64,000 bases of DNA, taken from NCBI GenBank assembly GCA_964035545.1, contig CAXIUT010000183.1:1793001-1857000 (forward strand), written 5' to 3'. The position numbers and the translations under genes were made by a program. The notes under the pieces were generated by a model, which was given only the letters and a program-made list of their open reading frames with translations, searched no databases and was not told where the DNA came from. The stretch comes from Bugula neritina. Its lineage: Eukaryota; Animalia; Bryozoa. Positions 34,201 through 46,750 of this stretch are shown here, one piece after another. Position 1 is the stretch's first letter. Each line of letters begins with the position of its first letter.

Positions 34201-35600
34201 AAATACACTCTAACATACTGAAATACACTGCAACATACTGCAACATACCTAAATATGCTGTAATATACTGAAATATACCGCAACACACTGAAACATACGG
34301 CAACATACTGAAATATACTGCGACACATTGAAATATACTGCAACATACTGAAATATGCTGTAGCATACTGAAATACTATGCAACACACTGAAGTATACTG
34401 CAAGATACAGAAATGTACTGTAACATACTGAAAATTGCGTCAACATACTGAAATGTACTGCAACATGCTGAGATATACTGCAACATACATAAATACACTG
34501 TAACATACTGAATTACACTGCAACGTTCTGAAATATACTTCAACATACTGAAATATACTTAAGAAGAATGAAACATACTGAAATATACTGCGACACATTG
34601 AAATATACCGCAATATACTGGAATATACTGCAAGATACTGCAACATATTGAAATATGCTATGCCATACTGAAGTATACTGTAATATACTGATATGTACTG
34701 TAAAATACTGAAACATACGACAACATACTGAAAAACACTGCAACATACTGAAATGTACTTCAACAAACTGAAATATACTTCAACATACTGAAATATACCT
34801 AAAAATACTGAAACATACTGAAATACACTGTAGGATATTGAAATACACTGCAACACATTGGAATATACTGCAACATATTGCAACATACTGCAACATACCT
34901 AAATATGCTGTAATATACTGAAATATACTCAAAGACACTGAAACATTTGGCAACATACTGAAATTTACTGCGACACATTGAAATATACTGCAACATACAG
35001 AAATATGCTGTAGCATACTGAAATACACTGCAACACACTAAAGTATACTGCAAGATACAGAAATGCACTGTAACATACTGAAACATACGTCAACATGCTG
35101 AAATATACTGTAACATGCTCAGATATACTGCAGCATACTGAAGTACACTGTAACATCCTGAAATACACTGCAACATACTGCAACATACTGAAATACATTG
35201 AAACACATTGAAATATACTGCAACGCACTAAAAAATACGGCAATTTACAGAAATAAACTGCGACACTTTGAACTAAACTGCAACATACTTAAATATAATG
35301 CAAGATTCTTCAACATGCTGAAATACACTGTGACATACTGAAATACACTGCAGCACATTTAAATATACTGCCACACACTGAAACATACGACAACATACTG
35401 AAATATACTGCGACACAGTGAAATATACTGCATTATCCAGAAATACACTGTGACATACTGAAATACACTCCTACATACTACAACATGCTGAAATACACTG
35501 TAACATATTGAATTACACTGCAACACATTGGAATATACTGCAACATTCTGAAATATATGGTAAACTACTGAAATATACTGTAACACAATGAAACATACCG
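31261..35600 (+). repeat. ~2.4 tandem copies of an 1803-bp HOR
   Basis: ORF-track offsets of 1803 (31174/32977/34780, 31359/33162/34965, 31753/33556/35359). 1803 = 180 words plus a 3-bp TAT insertion at ~32220/34023. Confidence 0.93.
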
Positions 35601-36849
35601 CAACATACTGAAATACGCTGCAACACACTGAAGTATACTGCAATATACAGAAATGTACTGTAAAATACTGAAATGTACGACAACATACTGAACTACACTG
35701 CAACATACTGAAATATACCTTAAAATATTGAAACATACTGAAATACACTGTAGGATATAGAAGTACACTGCAACACATTGGACTAGACTGCAACATACCA
35801 AAATATATGGTAACCCACTGAAATATATTGCAATCTACTGAAATATACTGCAACATACTGCAACTCAATGATATACATTGTAACACACTGAAATAAACTG
35901 CGAAATACTGAAATATACTGTAAGATACCGAAACATACTGCAACATACTGAAATATACTGCAACATATTGAAATATGCTGCAAGATACTGCAACATACTG
36001 AAATACACTTTAACATACTGAAATACACTGCAACATACTACAACATACTGAATTACACTGGAACAGATTGAAATACATTGCAACACATTGAAATAGTAAT
36101 TATACTGCAACACACTGAAAAATACAGCAACATATTGAAATATACTGCGACACAATGAAATATACTGCAACATACTGAAATATAATGCAAGATACTGCAA
36201 CATACTGAAATACACTGTGACATACTGAAATACACTGCAACATACTGCAACATACTGCAACGTACTGAAATACACTGTAACCTTTTGAAATATACCGCAA
36301 CATACTGAAATATGCTGTAGGATACTGAAATACACTACAACACACTGAAGTGTACTGTAAGATACAGAAATGTACCGTAACATACTGAAACATACGTCAA
36401 CATACTGAAATGTACTGCAACATGCTGAATTATACTGCAACATACTGAAATACACTGCAACACATTGAAAGATACTGCAACAAATTGAAATATACTTCAA
36501 CATACCGAAATATACTGCAACATACTGAAACACACTGTAACATACTGAAATACACTGCAACATAGTGAAATATACTTCAACATACTGAAATATATGGTAA
36601 ACTATTGAAAAATACTGTGACACATTGAAACATACCGCAACATACTGAAATACGATGCAACACACTGGAGTATATTTTAGTATACAAAAATGTACTATAA
36701 AATACTGAAATATACTTCAAAATACTGGAATATACTGCAAGATACAGCAACATATCAAACATACTGAAATATAATGCAAGATACTGCAAAATACTGAAAA
36801 ACACCATAACATACTGAAATATACTGCAACATACTGAAATATACTGCAA

Positions 36850-39790
36850 CATACCTAAACATGCTGCAACATAATGAAATATACTGTAACACACTGAAAT
36901 ATATGGCAAAATACCGAATTATGTTGTAACATACTAAAACATACCGGAACATACTAAAATACACTGGAACACACTGAAGTATACTGCAAGATACAGAAAT
37001 GTACTGTAACATACTGAAACATACGTCAACATACTGAAATACACTGTAACATACAGAATTACACTGCAACATACTGAAATATACTTCAACATTCTGAAAT
37101 ATACCTAAAAAAATGAAACATACTGAAATATACTGCGACGCATTGAAATATACTGCAACATACTGAAATATGCTGTAGCATACTGAAATAGACTGCAACA
37201 CACTGAAGTATACTGTAAGATATTTAAACATACTGCAACATACTGAAATATACTGCAACATACTGAAATAAACTGCAAAATACTGCAACATACTAAAATA
37301 CACTGAAACACACTGAAATGCACTGCAACATACTGCAACATACTGAAATACACTGGAACATATTGAAATACACTGCAACACATTGAAATATACTGCAACA
37401 CACTAAAAAATATGGCAACATACTGATATATACTGCGACACATTGAAATATACTGCAATATACTGAAATATAATGCAAGATACTCCAACATACTGAAATA
37501 CACTGTGACATACTAAAATACACTGCAACATACTGCAACGTACTGAAATACATGGTGACATACTGAAGTATACTGTAAGACACTGAAATGTACTTTAAAA
37601 TACCGGAACATACGACTACATACTGAATTACACTGCAACATACTGAAATAAGCTGTACCGTACTGAAATATACCGCAACTTACTGAAATACACTGTAACA
37701 TACTGAAATACACTGTAACATACTGAAATTCACTGCAACATACTACGACTTACTTGAATACACTGTAACATATTGAAATACTTTCCCACACATTGAAATA
37801 TACTGCAACACACTAAAAAATACGGCAACATACTGGAATATACTGCGACACATTGAAATATACTGCAATCTACTGGAATATAATGCAAGATACTGCAACA
37901 TATTGAAATACGCTGTGCCATACTGAAGTATACTGTAATATGCTGATATGTACTGTAAAATACTGAAACATACGACAACATACTGAAAAACACTGCAAAA
38001 TACTGAAATATACTTCAACATACTGAAATATACTTCAACATACTGAAATATACTTCAACATACTGAAATATACCTAAAAATACTGAAACATACTGAAATT
38101 TACTGTAGGATATTGAAATACACTGCAACACATTGGAATATACTGCAACATTCCGAAATATATGGTAAACTACTGAAATATACTGTAACACAATGAAACA
38201 TACCGCAACATACTGAAATACGCTGCAACACACTGAAGTATACTGCAATATACAGAAACGTACTGTAAAATACTGAAACGTACGACAACATACTGAATTA
38301 CACTGCAACATACTGAAATATACCTTAAATTATTGAAACATACTTAAATACACTGTAGGATATCGAAATACGCTGCAACACATTGGACTAGACTGCAACA
38401 TAGCAAAATATATGGTTACCCACTGAAATATTCTGCAAACTACTGAAATATACTGCAAAATACTGCAAAATACTGAAAAACACCATAACATACCGAAATA
38501 TACTGCAACATACTGAAATATACTGCAACATATCGAAGTATTTCAAAATATACGGACATGTACTGTAACATACTGAAACATACTGAAATATACTGAAACA
38601 TCCTGAAATATACTGGAACATACCTAAACATACTGCAACATAATGAAATATACTGTAACACACTGAAATATATGGCAAAATACCGAATTATGTTGTAACA
38701 TACTAAAACATACCGGAACATACTAAAATACACTGGAACACACTGAAGTATACTGCAAGATACAGAAATGTACTGTAACATACTGAAACATACGTCAACA
38801 TACTGAAATGTACTGCAACGTGCTGAGATAAACTGCAACATACTGAAATACACTGTAACATACTGAATTACACTGCAACATACTGAAATATACTTCAACA
38901 TTCTGAAATATACCTAAAAGAATGAAACATACTGAAATATACTGCGACGCATTGAAATATACTGCAACATACTGAAATATGCTGTAGCATACTGAAATAG
39001 ACTGCAACACACTGAAGTATACTGTAAGATATTTAAACATACTGCAACATACTGAAATATACTGCAACATACTGAAATAAACTGCAAAATACTGCAACAT
39101 ACTAAAATACACTGAAACACACTGAAATGCACTGCAACATACTGCAACATACTGAAATACACTGGAACATATTGAAATACACTGCAACACATTGAAATAT
39201 ACTGCAACACACTAAAAAATATGGCAACATACTGATATATACTGCGACACATTGAAATATACTGCAATATACTGAAATATAATGCAAGATACTCCAACAT
39301 ACTGAAATACACTGTGACATACTAAAATACACTGCAATATACTGCAACATACTGCAACGTACTGAAATACATGGTGACATACTGAAGTATACTGTATGAC
39401 ACTGAAATGTACTTTAAAATACCGGAACATACGACTACATACTGAATTACACTGCAACATACTGAAATAAACTGTAACGTACTGAAATATACCGCAACTT
39501 ACTGAAATACACTGTAACATACTGAAATACACTGTAACATACTGAAATACACTGCAACATACTACGACTTACTTGAATACACTGTAACATATTGAAATAC
39601 TTTCCCACACATTAAAATATACTGCAACACACTAAAAAATACGGCAACATACTGAAATATACTGCGACACATTGAAATATACTGCAATCTACTGGAATAT
39701 AATGCAAGATACTGCAACATATTGAAATACGCTGTGCCATACTGAAGTATACTGTAATATACTGATATGTACTGTAAACTACTGAAACAT
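36850..39790 (+). repeat. ~1.1-kb segment duplicated at ~1.8-kb spacing (about 36850-37980 and 38620-39790)
   Basis: ORF-track offset of 1809 (37105/38914, 37293/39102). Shared rare words TACGACTTACTTGAATAC and CTTTCCCACAC. The offset steps 1769, 1809, 1819 by whole-word gains. Confidence 0.88.
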
Positions 39791-40237
39791 ACTACAACAT
39801 ACTGAAATACACTGTAACAAATTGAAATACACTGCAACACATTGAACTATACTCAACATACCGAAATAAATGGTAAACTACTGAAATATACTGTAGCACA
39901 TTGAAAAATACTTCAACATACTGAAATACACTGTAACATACTGAAATAAACAGCAACATACTAAATTACACTGCAAAATACTGAAATATACTGCAACATA
40001 CTGAAATATGCTGTAGCATACTGAAATACACTGCAACACACTGAAGTATACCGTAATATACAAAGATGTACTGTAAAATACTGAAATATACTTAATCATA
40101 CTGAAATATACCTAAAAATATTGAAAAACTACTGAAATATACTGTAGCACATTGAAAAATACTTCAACATACTGAAATACACTGTAACATACTGAGATAC
40201 ACTGCAACATACCAAAATATATGGTAACCCACTGAAA

Positions 40238-40987
40238 CACAGGATAGTTAAGGGCAACCCTTTAGCTGCGACTGCCTTGCTGAGGTTTGCATTGTAATCA
40301 TATAAGAATTCAGTACCAGTAAAATAAAATATCACCTAATGGTGCTAGAGTCAAAATTTAAAAACTATGTTGTAGATCTTCTTTTTCCCCAGTGTAACTT
40401 TTTTGGAAATTTCAATTTTCATTTTTCTTTGCGAAGTTATAGACAAAAAACTGCCCAATTTTGGCCAATTTTGCTTGAAAAGTTGACTTTTCTGTACCAG
40501 TAAAATATCTTAGCAGGAAAACATGATATCTGAATAAAAATTGCACTGCTAAAATCCTGAGATATTTCTCCAGTGCAAATTTTTTTCTTTTTCCAATAAC
40601 TCCTCTAGATTGCCCATAAATTGGTACACTGAAAATGTTATATTTTTTCATAGAAAATTAGCAGCGCGCAGTGCTTCACGCTTCAATGAGCACGTAGGGA
40701 TGAGAAGATATTGGCGCGTACATGCTAATTACAGGCTTACTAGCTGGCAGGCTATAATGAATAGCTTGCTTTGTAGTTTGTTTATGTAACACCATTAATT
40801 GAATGTTGATAGATTACGCAGTCCTAATGAAGATTGCTGCTTATTGGTTGTAGTTTGACCTTAGGCTAAACATTTGCAAGTACGCAACACGCATGCCACC
40901 CACAAAGCCATATTATTCAAGAACATAAACTACATTTTGAGAGAAATTTTTGATATTCTTAGTGAGGATGCCCTTAACTATCCTGTG
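40238..40987. mobile_element. Non-autonomous DNA transposon (MITE-like), CACAG termini, probably CMC/EnSpm (CACTA) superfamily; copy 1
   Basis: Perfect 19-bp TIR CACAGGATAGTTAAGGGCA...TGCCCTTAACTATCCTGTG. 2-bp TSD AA; removing the element restores satellite ACTGAAATATATGTTGCAA. 750 bp, no transposase. The superfamily call is inferred from CAC ends plus 2-bp TSD. Confidence 0.9.
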
Positions 40988-42652
40988 AATATATGTTGCA
41001 AACTACTGAAATATACTGCAACATACTGCAACATATTGAAATGTACTGCAACATACTGAAAAAAACTGCAAAAATACTGAAATACACTGCAACAACTTAA
41101 AAGATACTGTAAGATACTGAAATATACTGAAACATACTGAAACATGCTGCAATATACCTAAATATACCGGAACATACTGGAATAAACTGTGACACACTAA
41201 AACATATTGCAAAATACTGAAAAAAACTGCAAAAATACTTAAATACACTGCAACAACGTAAAAGATACTTTAGGATACTGAATTAAACTGAAACATACTT
41301 AAACATGCTGCAATATACCTAAATAGACCGGAACATACTGGAATAAGCTGTGACACACTAAAATATACTGCAACATACAAAAACAATTGCAACTGCGCAA
41401 CATAATGAAATATACTGCAAAAATACTGAGATATACTGCAACAACTTAAAAAATACTGTAGGATACAGAAATATACTAAAACATACTGAAACATCCTGCA
41501 ACATACCTAAACATTCCGGAATATACTGGAATAAACTCTGACACACTGAAATATATTGCAACAGACTGAAATATACTGCGACATACTGAATTATACTGCA
41601 ACATACTGAAATATACTGCAACATATTGAAGTCTAACGTAATATAGGGACATGTACTGAAACATACTGAAACATACTGAAACATACTGAAACATACTGAA
41701 ACATAATGAAATACACTGTAAGATATTAAAATACAGTGCAACACATTGAAATATACTGCAACACACTGAAACATACGGCAGCATTCTGAAATATACTGCG
41801 ACACAGTGAAATATACTGCAACATCCTGAAATATACTGCAACATACTGAAATTTACTGCAACATATTGCAACATACTGAAATACACTGTAACATACTTAA
41901 ATGCACTGCAACACATTGAAATGAACTGCAACATACCTAAATATACGGTAATATACTGAAATATACTGTAACACATTGAAATGTACTGCAACATACCGAA
42001 ATATATGGTAACCTACTGAAATATGTGGCAAACTACTGAAATATACAGCCACATACTGCAACATAATGAAATATACTGTAACACACTGAAATATACTGCA
42101 AAATACTGAAATATACTGTAACACACTGAAACATATTGCAACATACTGAAATATACTGCAACATACTGAAACATAATGAAATACACTGTAAGATATTGAA
42201 ATACACTGCAACACATTGAAATATACTGCAACACACTGAAACATACGGCAGCATTCTGAATTATACTGCGACACAGTGAAATATACTGCAATATTCTGAA
42301 ATATACTGCAACATACTGAAATTTACTGCAACATATTGCAACATACTGAAATACACTGTAACATGCTTAAATGCACTGCAACACATTGGAATGAACTGCA
42401 ACATACCTAAATATATGGTAACCTACTGAAATATGTGGCAAACTACTGAAATATACAGCCACATACTGCAACATAATGAAATATACTGTAACACACTGAA
42501 ATATACTGCAAAATACTGAAGTATACTGTAACACACTGAAACATATTGCAACATACTGAAATATACTGCAACATACTGAAATATACTGCAAGATACTGCA
42601 ACATACTGAAATACACCCTAACATACTGAAATACACTGCAACATACTGTAAC
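40988..42652 (+). repeat. Satellite 1, diverged layer with local 161-, 410- and 470-bp duplications
   Basis: 10-bp words continue after the MITE. Matching segments at 41061/41222, 41701/42171 and 42061/42471. Confidence 0.88.
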
Positions 42653-43200
42653 TATTTTAGTATGTCGTAGTATATTTTAGTATGTTGCAGTATTTTTCAG
42701 AATGTTATGTCATATTTCAATATATTGCAATATGTTTCAGTATGCCACAGTATAATTCAGTACGTCGCAGTATCTTTCAGTATGTTGCATTATATTTTTG
42801 TGTGTCACAGTTCATTCCAGTATGTTCCGGTATATTTAAGTATGTTGCAGCATGTTTCAGTATGTTTCAGTATATTTCATTATCATACAGTAACTTTTAA
42901 GTAGTTGAAGTATATTTCAGTATTTTTGCAGTATCTTTCATTATGTTGCACATTTGCAGTATTTTTGGGTATGTTTCGGTACATTTCAGTATGTTGCCGT
43001 ATGTTTCAGTATGTTACTGTAAATTTCTGTATAATATAGTATACTTCAGTGTGTTGCAGTGTATTTTAGTATGCTACAGCATATTTCAGTATGTTGTCGT
43101 ATGTTTCAGTTTGTTGCAGTATCTTTCGATCTGTTGCAGTGTATTTCAATATGTTACAGTGTATTTCGGTACATTGCAGTATGCTCATATTTTAAGTATG
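42653..43200 (-). repeat. Satellite 1 in inverted orientation
   Basis: Words read TATGTTGCAG, TATATTTCAG, TGTATTTCAA (reverse complement of satellite 1). The satellite pseudo-ORFs switch to the plus strand here (42682, 42707, 42943, 43059). Confidence 0.95.
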
Positions 43201-43332
43201 TTTTTGTCACATTTGGGCACTGTTTTAGCACATTTAGGCACTGTTTGTTTGTTTGTTTGTTTGTTTGGTTTATTTCATCAAAGGTATTTAATAACACAAG
43301 GACATTAGAAAATGCCAAGGAGGCGATGATGA

Positions 43333-43371
43333 GGCCCATTGCGCTATAGCCTAGCTAGTCATGCGCGGGCC
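43333..43371 (-). other. Stem-loop in LINE 3'UTR (putative ORF2p recognition structure)
   Basis: GGCCC(43333-37) pairs with GGGCC(43367-71) and GCGC(43341-44) with GCGC(43363-66). 3' stem-loops next to a short tandem tail are known in CR1/L2-group LINEs. Function is inferred. Confidence 0.6.
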
Positions 43372-43420
43372 AACACGAGCTGACAGCGACTCTATCCAGA
43401 AAAATACAAAAAAAATACAA

Positions 43421-46186
43421 CTATTCTAACAGATAAAGCCTCAACTTCCTCCCAAATTCATTAGGGTTGCTAATTGACCGTAAAGGGATTGGCAGTTCAT
43501 TCCATAGTGCCACCTCCTGATAACAGTTTCTCCTGTGACCTGCTGCTGTTTGAGAGTGAGGAAGGGGGAGATTTATGAATGATTGACGTGTATTGATAGA
43601 GTGAGTGGGAAAAAAATTGTCAGAGTAGAAAAAAGAATGAGCTTTCTTTAACACTTTAAAACGGTAAATCTGGTATATTGAGAGAACTTTATGCTTAGTA
43701 AATAGAGGCGCTGATGGATGGTCAAACGGTTTTTTGTTCATGATACGCATTACCTTTTTTTGAAAAATAAAAATCTTGTTTAGATGGGTATTAGCTGCAT
43801 TTCCCCAGGCCTCTGCACAATAATTTAACTTGGAATTGATGAAAGAATTATATATCAAAAGTAAAATTTTTTGAGGGAGATATTCAGAACATCGGTATAT
43901 TAATCCACTAAGTGGTCGTAATTTTGTAAGTAGGTTTGAGATGTGCAAGCTCCAATTTAAATTTTTATCTATTTGTACACCTAGAAAAGTTATGCTGTTA
44001 GAGTAATTTATAGGTCTTTTATTTAATAATATACAGTTTTCTAGAATTTGAAAAGGATTTTGGTAGTTTTTTAAAACAATATAGTTGCATTTTTCATAGT
44101 TTATAGTGAGTTTGTTTTTATTGCACCAAATTGACAGAGAGTTTAGATCTTGATTTATAGCTTCCAAATGGGAGTTCAAATCTTTTGATTCAAAAAATAA
44201 ATTAGTGTCGTCGGCATAGAAAATGGGATTAAAAAGTTTAAATTGTTGAGCAAGATCGTTTATATATATCAAAAATAAGGTAGGGCCCAAGACAGATCCC
44301 TGGGGAACCCCACAGGTCACTGATCGTGAACTTGATAAGGTTGCATTTACTAGTGTGGAATGACTTCGGTTTGATAGGTAGTTAGCAACCCATGACACTG
44401 TGGATTCACTAAAACCAAGTTTTCTCATTTTTGCAAGTAAAATATTGTGATTTATAGTGTCAAAAGCCTTACTAAAATCTATAAAAATTCCGAGAACGCA
44501 ATTTCCATTGTTAAAAGCTTCGAGCGTATTATTTTTAAATTTAACAACAGCATCTGCAGTACTTAAATTTTTTCGAAAGCCATATTGATTCTTAGAAATC
44601 AAATTTTTAGATTCTAAAAAGTTTAAAATTTGATTGTTAACAATTTTTTCAAGTATTTTACTAAAAATGGGGAGGATTGAAATAGGGCGGTAGTTTTCAC
44701 ATCTGTCATGAGAACCTTTTTTGTAGAATGGTAATATTTTAGCAGTTTTAATTTGCGCTGGAACAATTTTTTCTTCTATGCTTTTGTTAAATAAATAGGC
44801 AAGTGGTGTAGATAGTGAAATTTTGCAAAATTTGATAAGTTTAGTCGGGATATTGTCTAAACCTATAGCTTTCTTGGAATCTAGTTTTTCAATGATCTCA
44901 ATTATTTGAGATTCATCAGTTTTTTTTAAATGAAATTCTTCTTTAGTAATATTTGTCAGCATTGAGTAGGTATCGGAGTTCGAATTTGTAAAATTTGAAG
45001 CTAGTTTTTGGGCTATTGTTGAAAAATACAGATTGAAATTGTTAGCTATATCCATATTGCTATCTAGCATGGTTTCAGAGTCCTCAACCGAATACAGTTT
45101 TGATGAAAAGCATCTTTTGTTTAGTTTGGCTTTCCCTGTTTGTTCATTTATAAGTACCCAAAGCTGCGAACTGTTACAATTGCTAATAAAAGCTTTAAAA
45201 TAATCATATTTAGCGGTTCTCAGATCAGCATTCAAATTATTTCTAAAAGCATTATATCTTTTTAAAATCTTTTTATTCAGGGGTGCTTTTTTCACTCGTT
45301 TGTGAAGTGCATATTTCTTTTTGATTTGAGTTAAAAGATGTTCAGTAATCCATGGTTTTTGTGCAAACTTTTTAGAAGGCCTATTGTTTTCAATAGTCTG
45401 TGAACAACTTTCAATGAGAAATTTTAGTCTAGTAATAAATATATCATAGTTTACTTCACAATTTTGTGAGTCATCAAAGAGCTTCAACCAGCAAAATGAG
45501 TTTATCTTGGAAACTAGTTTGGAATAATTAATAGTTCTATACATATCATCTGAGACAATATTAGTTCTATTTGAACAATTCAGTTGAAACGTCACAAAAG
45601 TGGGTAGGTGGTCACTCAAATCTGACTCAATGGTTCCAGATTTACCGTTTATGCAAGAGAAGTTTAGAAGGATATGATCTAAACAGCTAGCTCGTGACGA
45701 TGAGATTCTAGTTGGGAGAGTGATAGCATTGTAAAAGGCATAGGTAGAAATAGTGGTGGAATAAGTGTCACTTACATTCATGTCAAGGGTATCTATATTG
45801 ATGTCACCTACTACAATATGGGGAGAAGAATCATGGGAAATATAAGCCTCCAGGTCACTAAGAAACGCATCAGTGGAGGAAGCACCGGGCTGCCTGTATA
45901 TAATTGTGAGTCTGAAATGGGAAGACTTTGAGGCCTGACTGTGTAGAACAAGTGAGAGGACGTCTGCTCCAGACAGCGAAACAGCCTTCGTGTCGGCCCC
46001 CAGGCCACACCGCACATAGGCCCCAACACCACCTCCTCTACCCAGTCTCTGACTACCTACAAAATCATAACCTTCAAGTTTAAAAAATTGAATTTCATCA
46101 TCATTTAGCCAAGTTTCAGTTAAACAAATTACATCAAAGGGGTTAGAAAAAGTGTTCAAAAAATATTCAAAATGTGAAAATTTATT
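43421..46186 (-). CDS. LINE ORF2: APE-type endonuclease plus reverse transcriptase, open for 921 codons, N-terminus clipped by 5' truncation
   Basis: EN motifs CLTETWL, IYRQP, GDINID, CLDHI, SDH. RT motifs NYRPISILP, QYGFR, DFSKAFD, GVPQGSVLGP, YADD, FLGV. The track start at 46159 is a TTG. The frame is open 9 codons further (NKFSHFEYF) up to a TGA created at the junction (46187-46189), so there is no native ATG. Confidence 0.93.
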   Translation of the reverse strand, partial: NKFSHFEYFLNTFSNPFDVICLTETWLNDDEIQFFKLEGYDFVGSQRLGRGGGVGAYVRCGLGADTKAVSLSGADVLSLVLHSQASKSSHFRLTIIYRQPGASSTDAFLSDLEAYISHDSSPHIVVGDINIDTLDMNVSDTYSTTISTYAFYNAITLPTRISSSRASCLDHILLNFSCINGKSGTIESDLSDHLPTFVTFQLNCSNRTNIVSDDMYRTINYSKLVSKINSFCWLKLFDDSQNCEVNYDIFITRLKFLIESCSQTIENNRPSKKFAQKPWITEHLLTQIKKKYALHKRVKKAPLNKKILKRYNAFRNNLNADLRTAKYDYFKAFISNCNSSQLWVLINEQTGKAKLNKRCFSSKLYSVEDSETMLDSNMDIANNFNLYFSTIAQKLASNFTNSNSDTYSMLTNITKEEFHLKKTDESQIIEIIEKLDSKKAIGLDNIPTKLIKFCKISLSTPLAYLFNKSIEEKIVPAQIKTAKILPFYKKGSHDRCENYRPISILPIFSKILEKIVNNQILNFLESKNLISKNQYGFRKNLSTADAVVKFKNNTLEAFNNGNCVLGIFIDFSKAFDTINHNILLAKMRKLGFSESTVSWVANYLSNRSHSTLVNATLSSSRSVTCGVPQGSVLGPTLFLIYINDLAQQFKLFNPIFYADDTNLFFESKDLNSHLEAINQDLNSLSIWCNKNKLTINYEKCNYIVLKNYQNPFQILENCILLNKRPINYSNSITFLGVQIDKNLNWSLHISNLLTKLRPLSGLIYRCSEYLPQKILLLIYNSFINSKLNYCAEAWGNAANTHLNKIFIFQKKVMRIMNKKPFDHPSAPLFTKHKVLSIYQIYRFKVLKKAHSFFYSDNFFPTHSINTRQSFINLPLPHSQTAAGHRRNCYQEVALWNELPIPLRSISNPNEFGRKLRLYLLE

Positions 46187-46750
46187 TCACATTTGTTTTG
46201 TTTGTAGCACTATTGGGTGTGTTTCAGTACTTCTGGGCATTTATTGGTACTATTGGCATATTTGGTTAAATTTAGCACATTTGGGCACTGTTTTATCACA
46301 TTTGGGCACTGTTAAGCACATTTGTTCTGTTTGTAGCACTATTGGGTGTGTTTCAGTACTTCTGGGCTCTTATTGGCTCTATTAGCATATTTGGCTACAT
46401 TTAGCACATTTGGGCACTGTTTTAGCTCATTTCGGCACTCTTAAGCACATTTGTTCTGTTTGTAGCACTATTGGGTGCGTTTCAGTATTTCTGGGCACTA
46501 CTTGATACTCTTAGCATATTTAGCTCAATTAAACACATTTGAGCATGTTTTAGCACATTTGGGCACTGTTTTAGCACATTTAGGCACTGTTAAACACATT
46601 TGTTCTGTTTGTAGATCTATTGGGTGTGTTTCAGTACTTCTGGGCACTTTTTGGTACTATTCGCATATTTGGCTCAATTTAGCACATTTGGGCACTGTTT
46701 TAGCACATTTGGGCACTGTTAAGCACATTTGTTCTGTTTGTAGCACTATT

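Larger units (their letters stand above)
28891..40237 (+). repeat. Satellite 1, second (more diverged) HOR layer
   Basis: Same 10-bp phase but a new set of variant words (e.g. CAATGAAACA, GATACAGAAA, TACTTCAACA, CACATTGGAA, TAATGCAAGATTCTTC) absent or rare in 1-28.9 kb. Duplication offsets of 1000 (29006/30006), 1803 and 1769-1819 bp. Confidence 0.93.
43246..46187 (-). mobile_element. 5'-truncated non-LTR retrotransposon (LINE, CR1/L2/Crack group), recent insertion
   Basis: Uninterrupted EN-RT ORF. ~175-bp 3'UTR with a stem-loop, AATAAA and an (AAAC)n tail at 43246-43275 on the minus strand. Flanks are satellite 2 on both sides. No ORF1 and no TSD. Confidence 0.95.

Noticed and set aside
1-40237. 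CRISPR-like or repeat-spacer array
   Set aside because: No unique spacers between constant repeats and no cas genes. The context is eukaryotic TEs.
1-40237. Link to germline-limited TTGCA pentamer satellite of Parascaris (programmed DNA elimination)
   Set aside because: TTGCA is only one of four pentamers in the dimer and a 5-bp match is expected by chance. Nothing in the sequence indicates elimination. Only germline-versus-soma read depth could test it.
202-42636. Hundreds of minus-strand ORFs encoding hydrophobic Cys/Tyr-rich peptides (MLQYISVCCSIFQ...)
   Set aside because: The consensus minus strand (TTGCAGTATATTTCAGTATG) has ATG/GTG/TTG but no stop in any frame, so all three frames give overlapping ORFs. 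They switch strand where the satellite inverts. The 10-bp period is not codon-compatible. No evidence of coding function.
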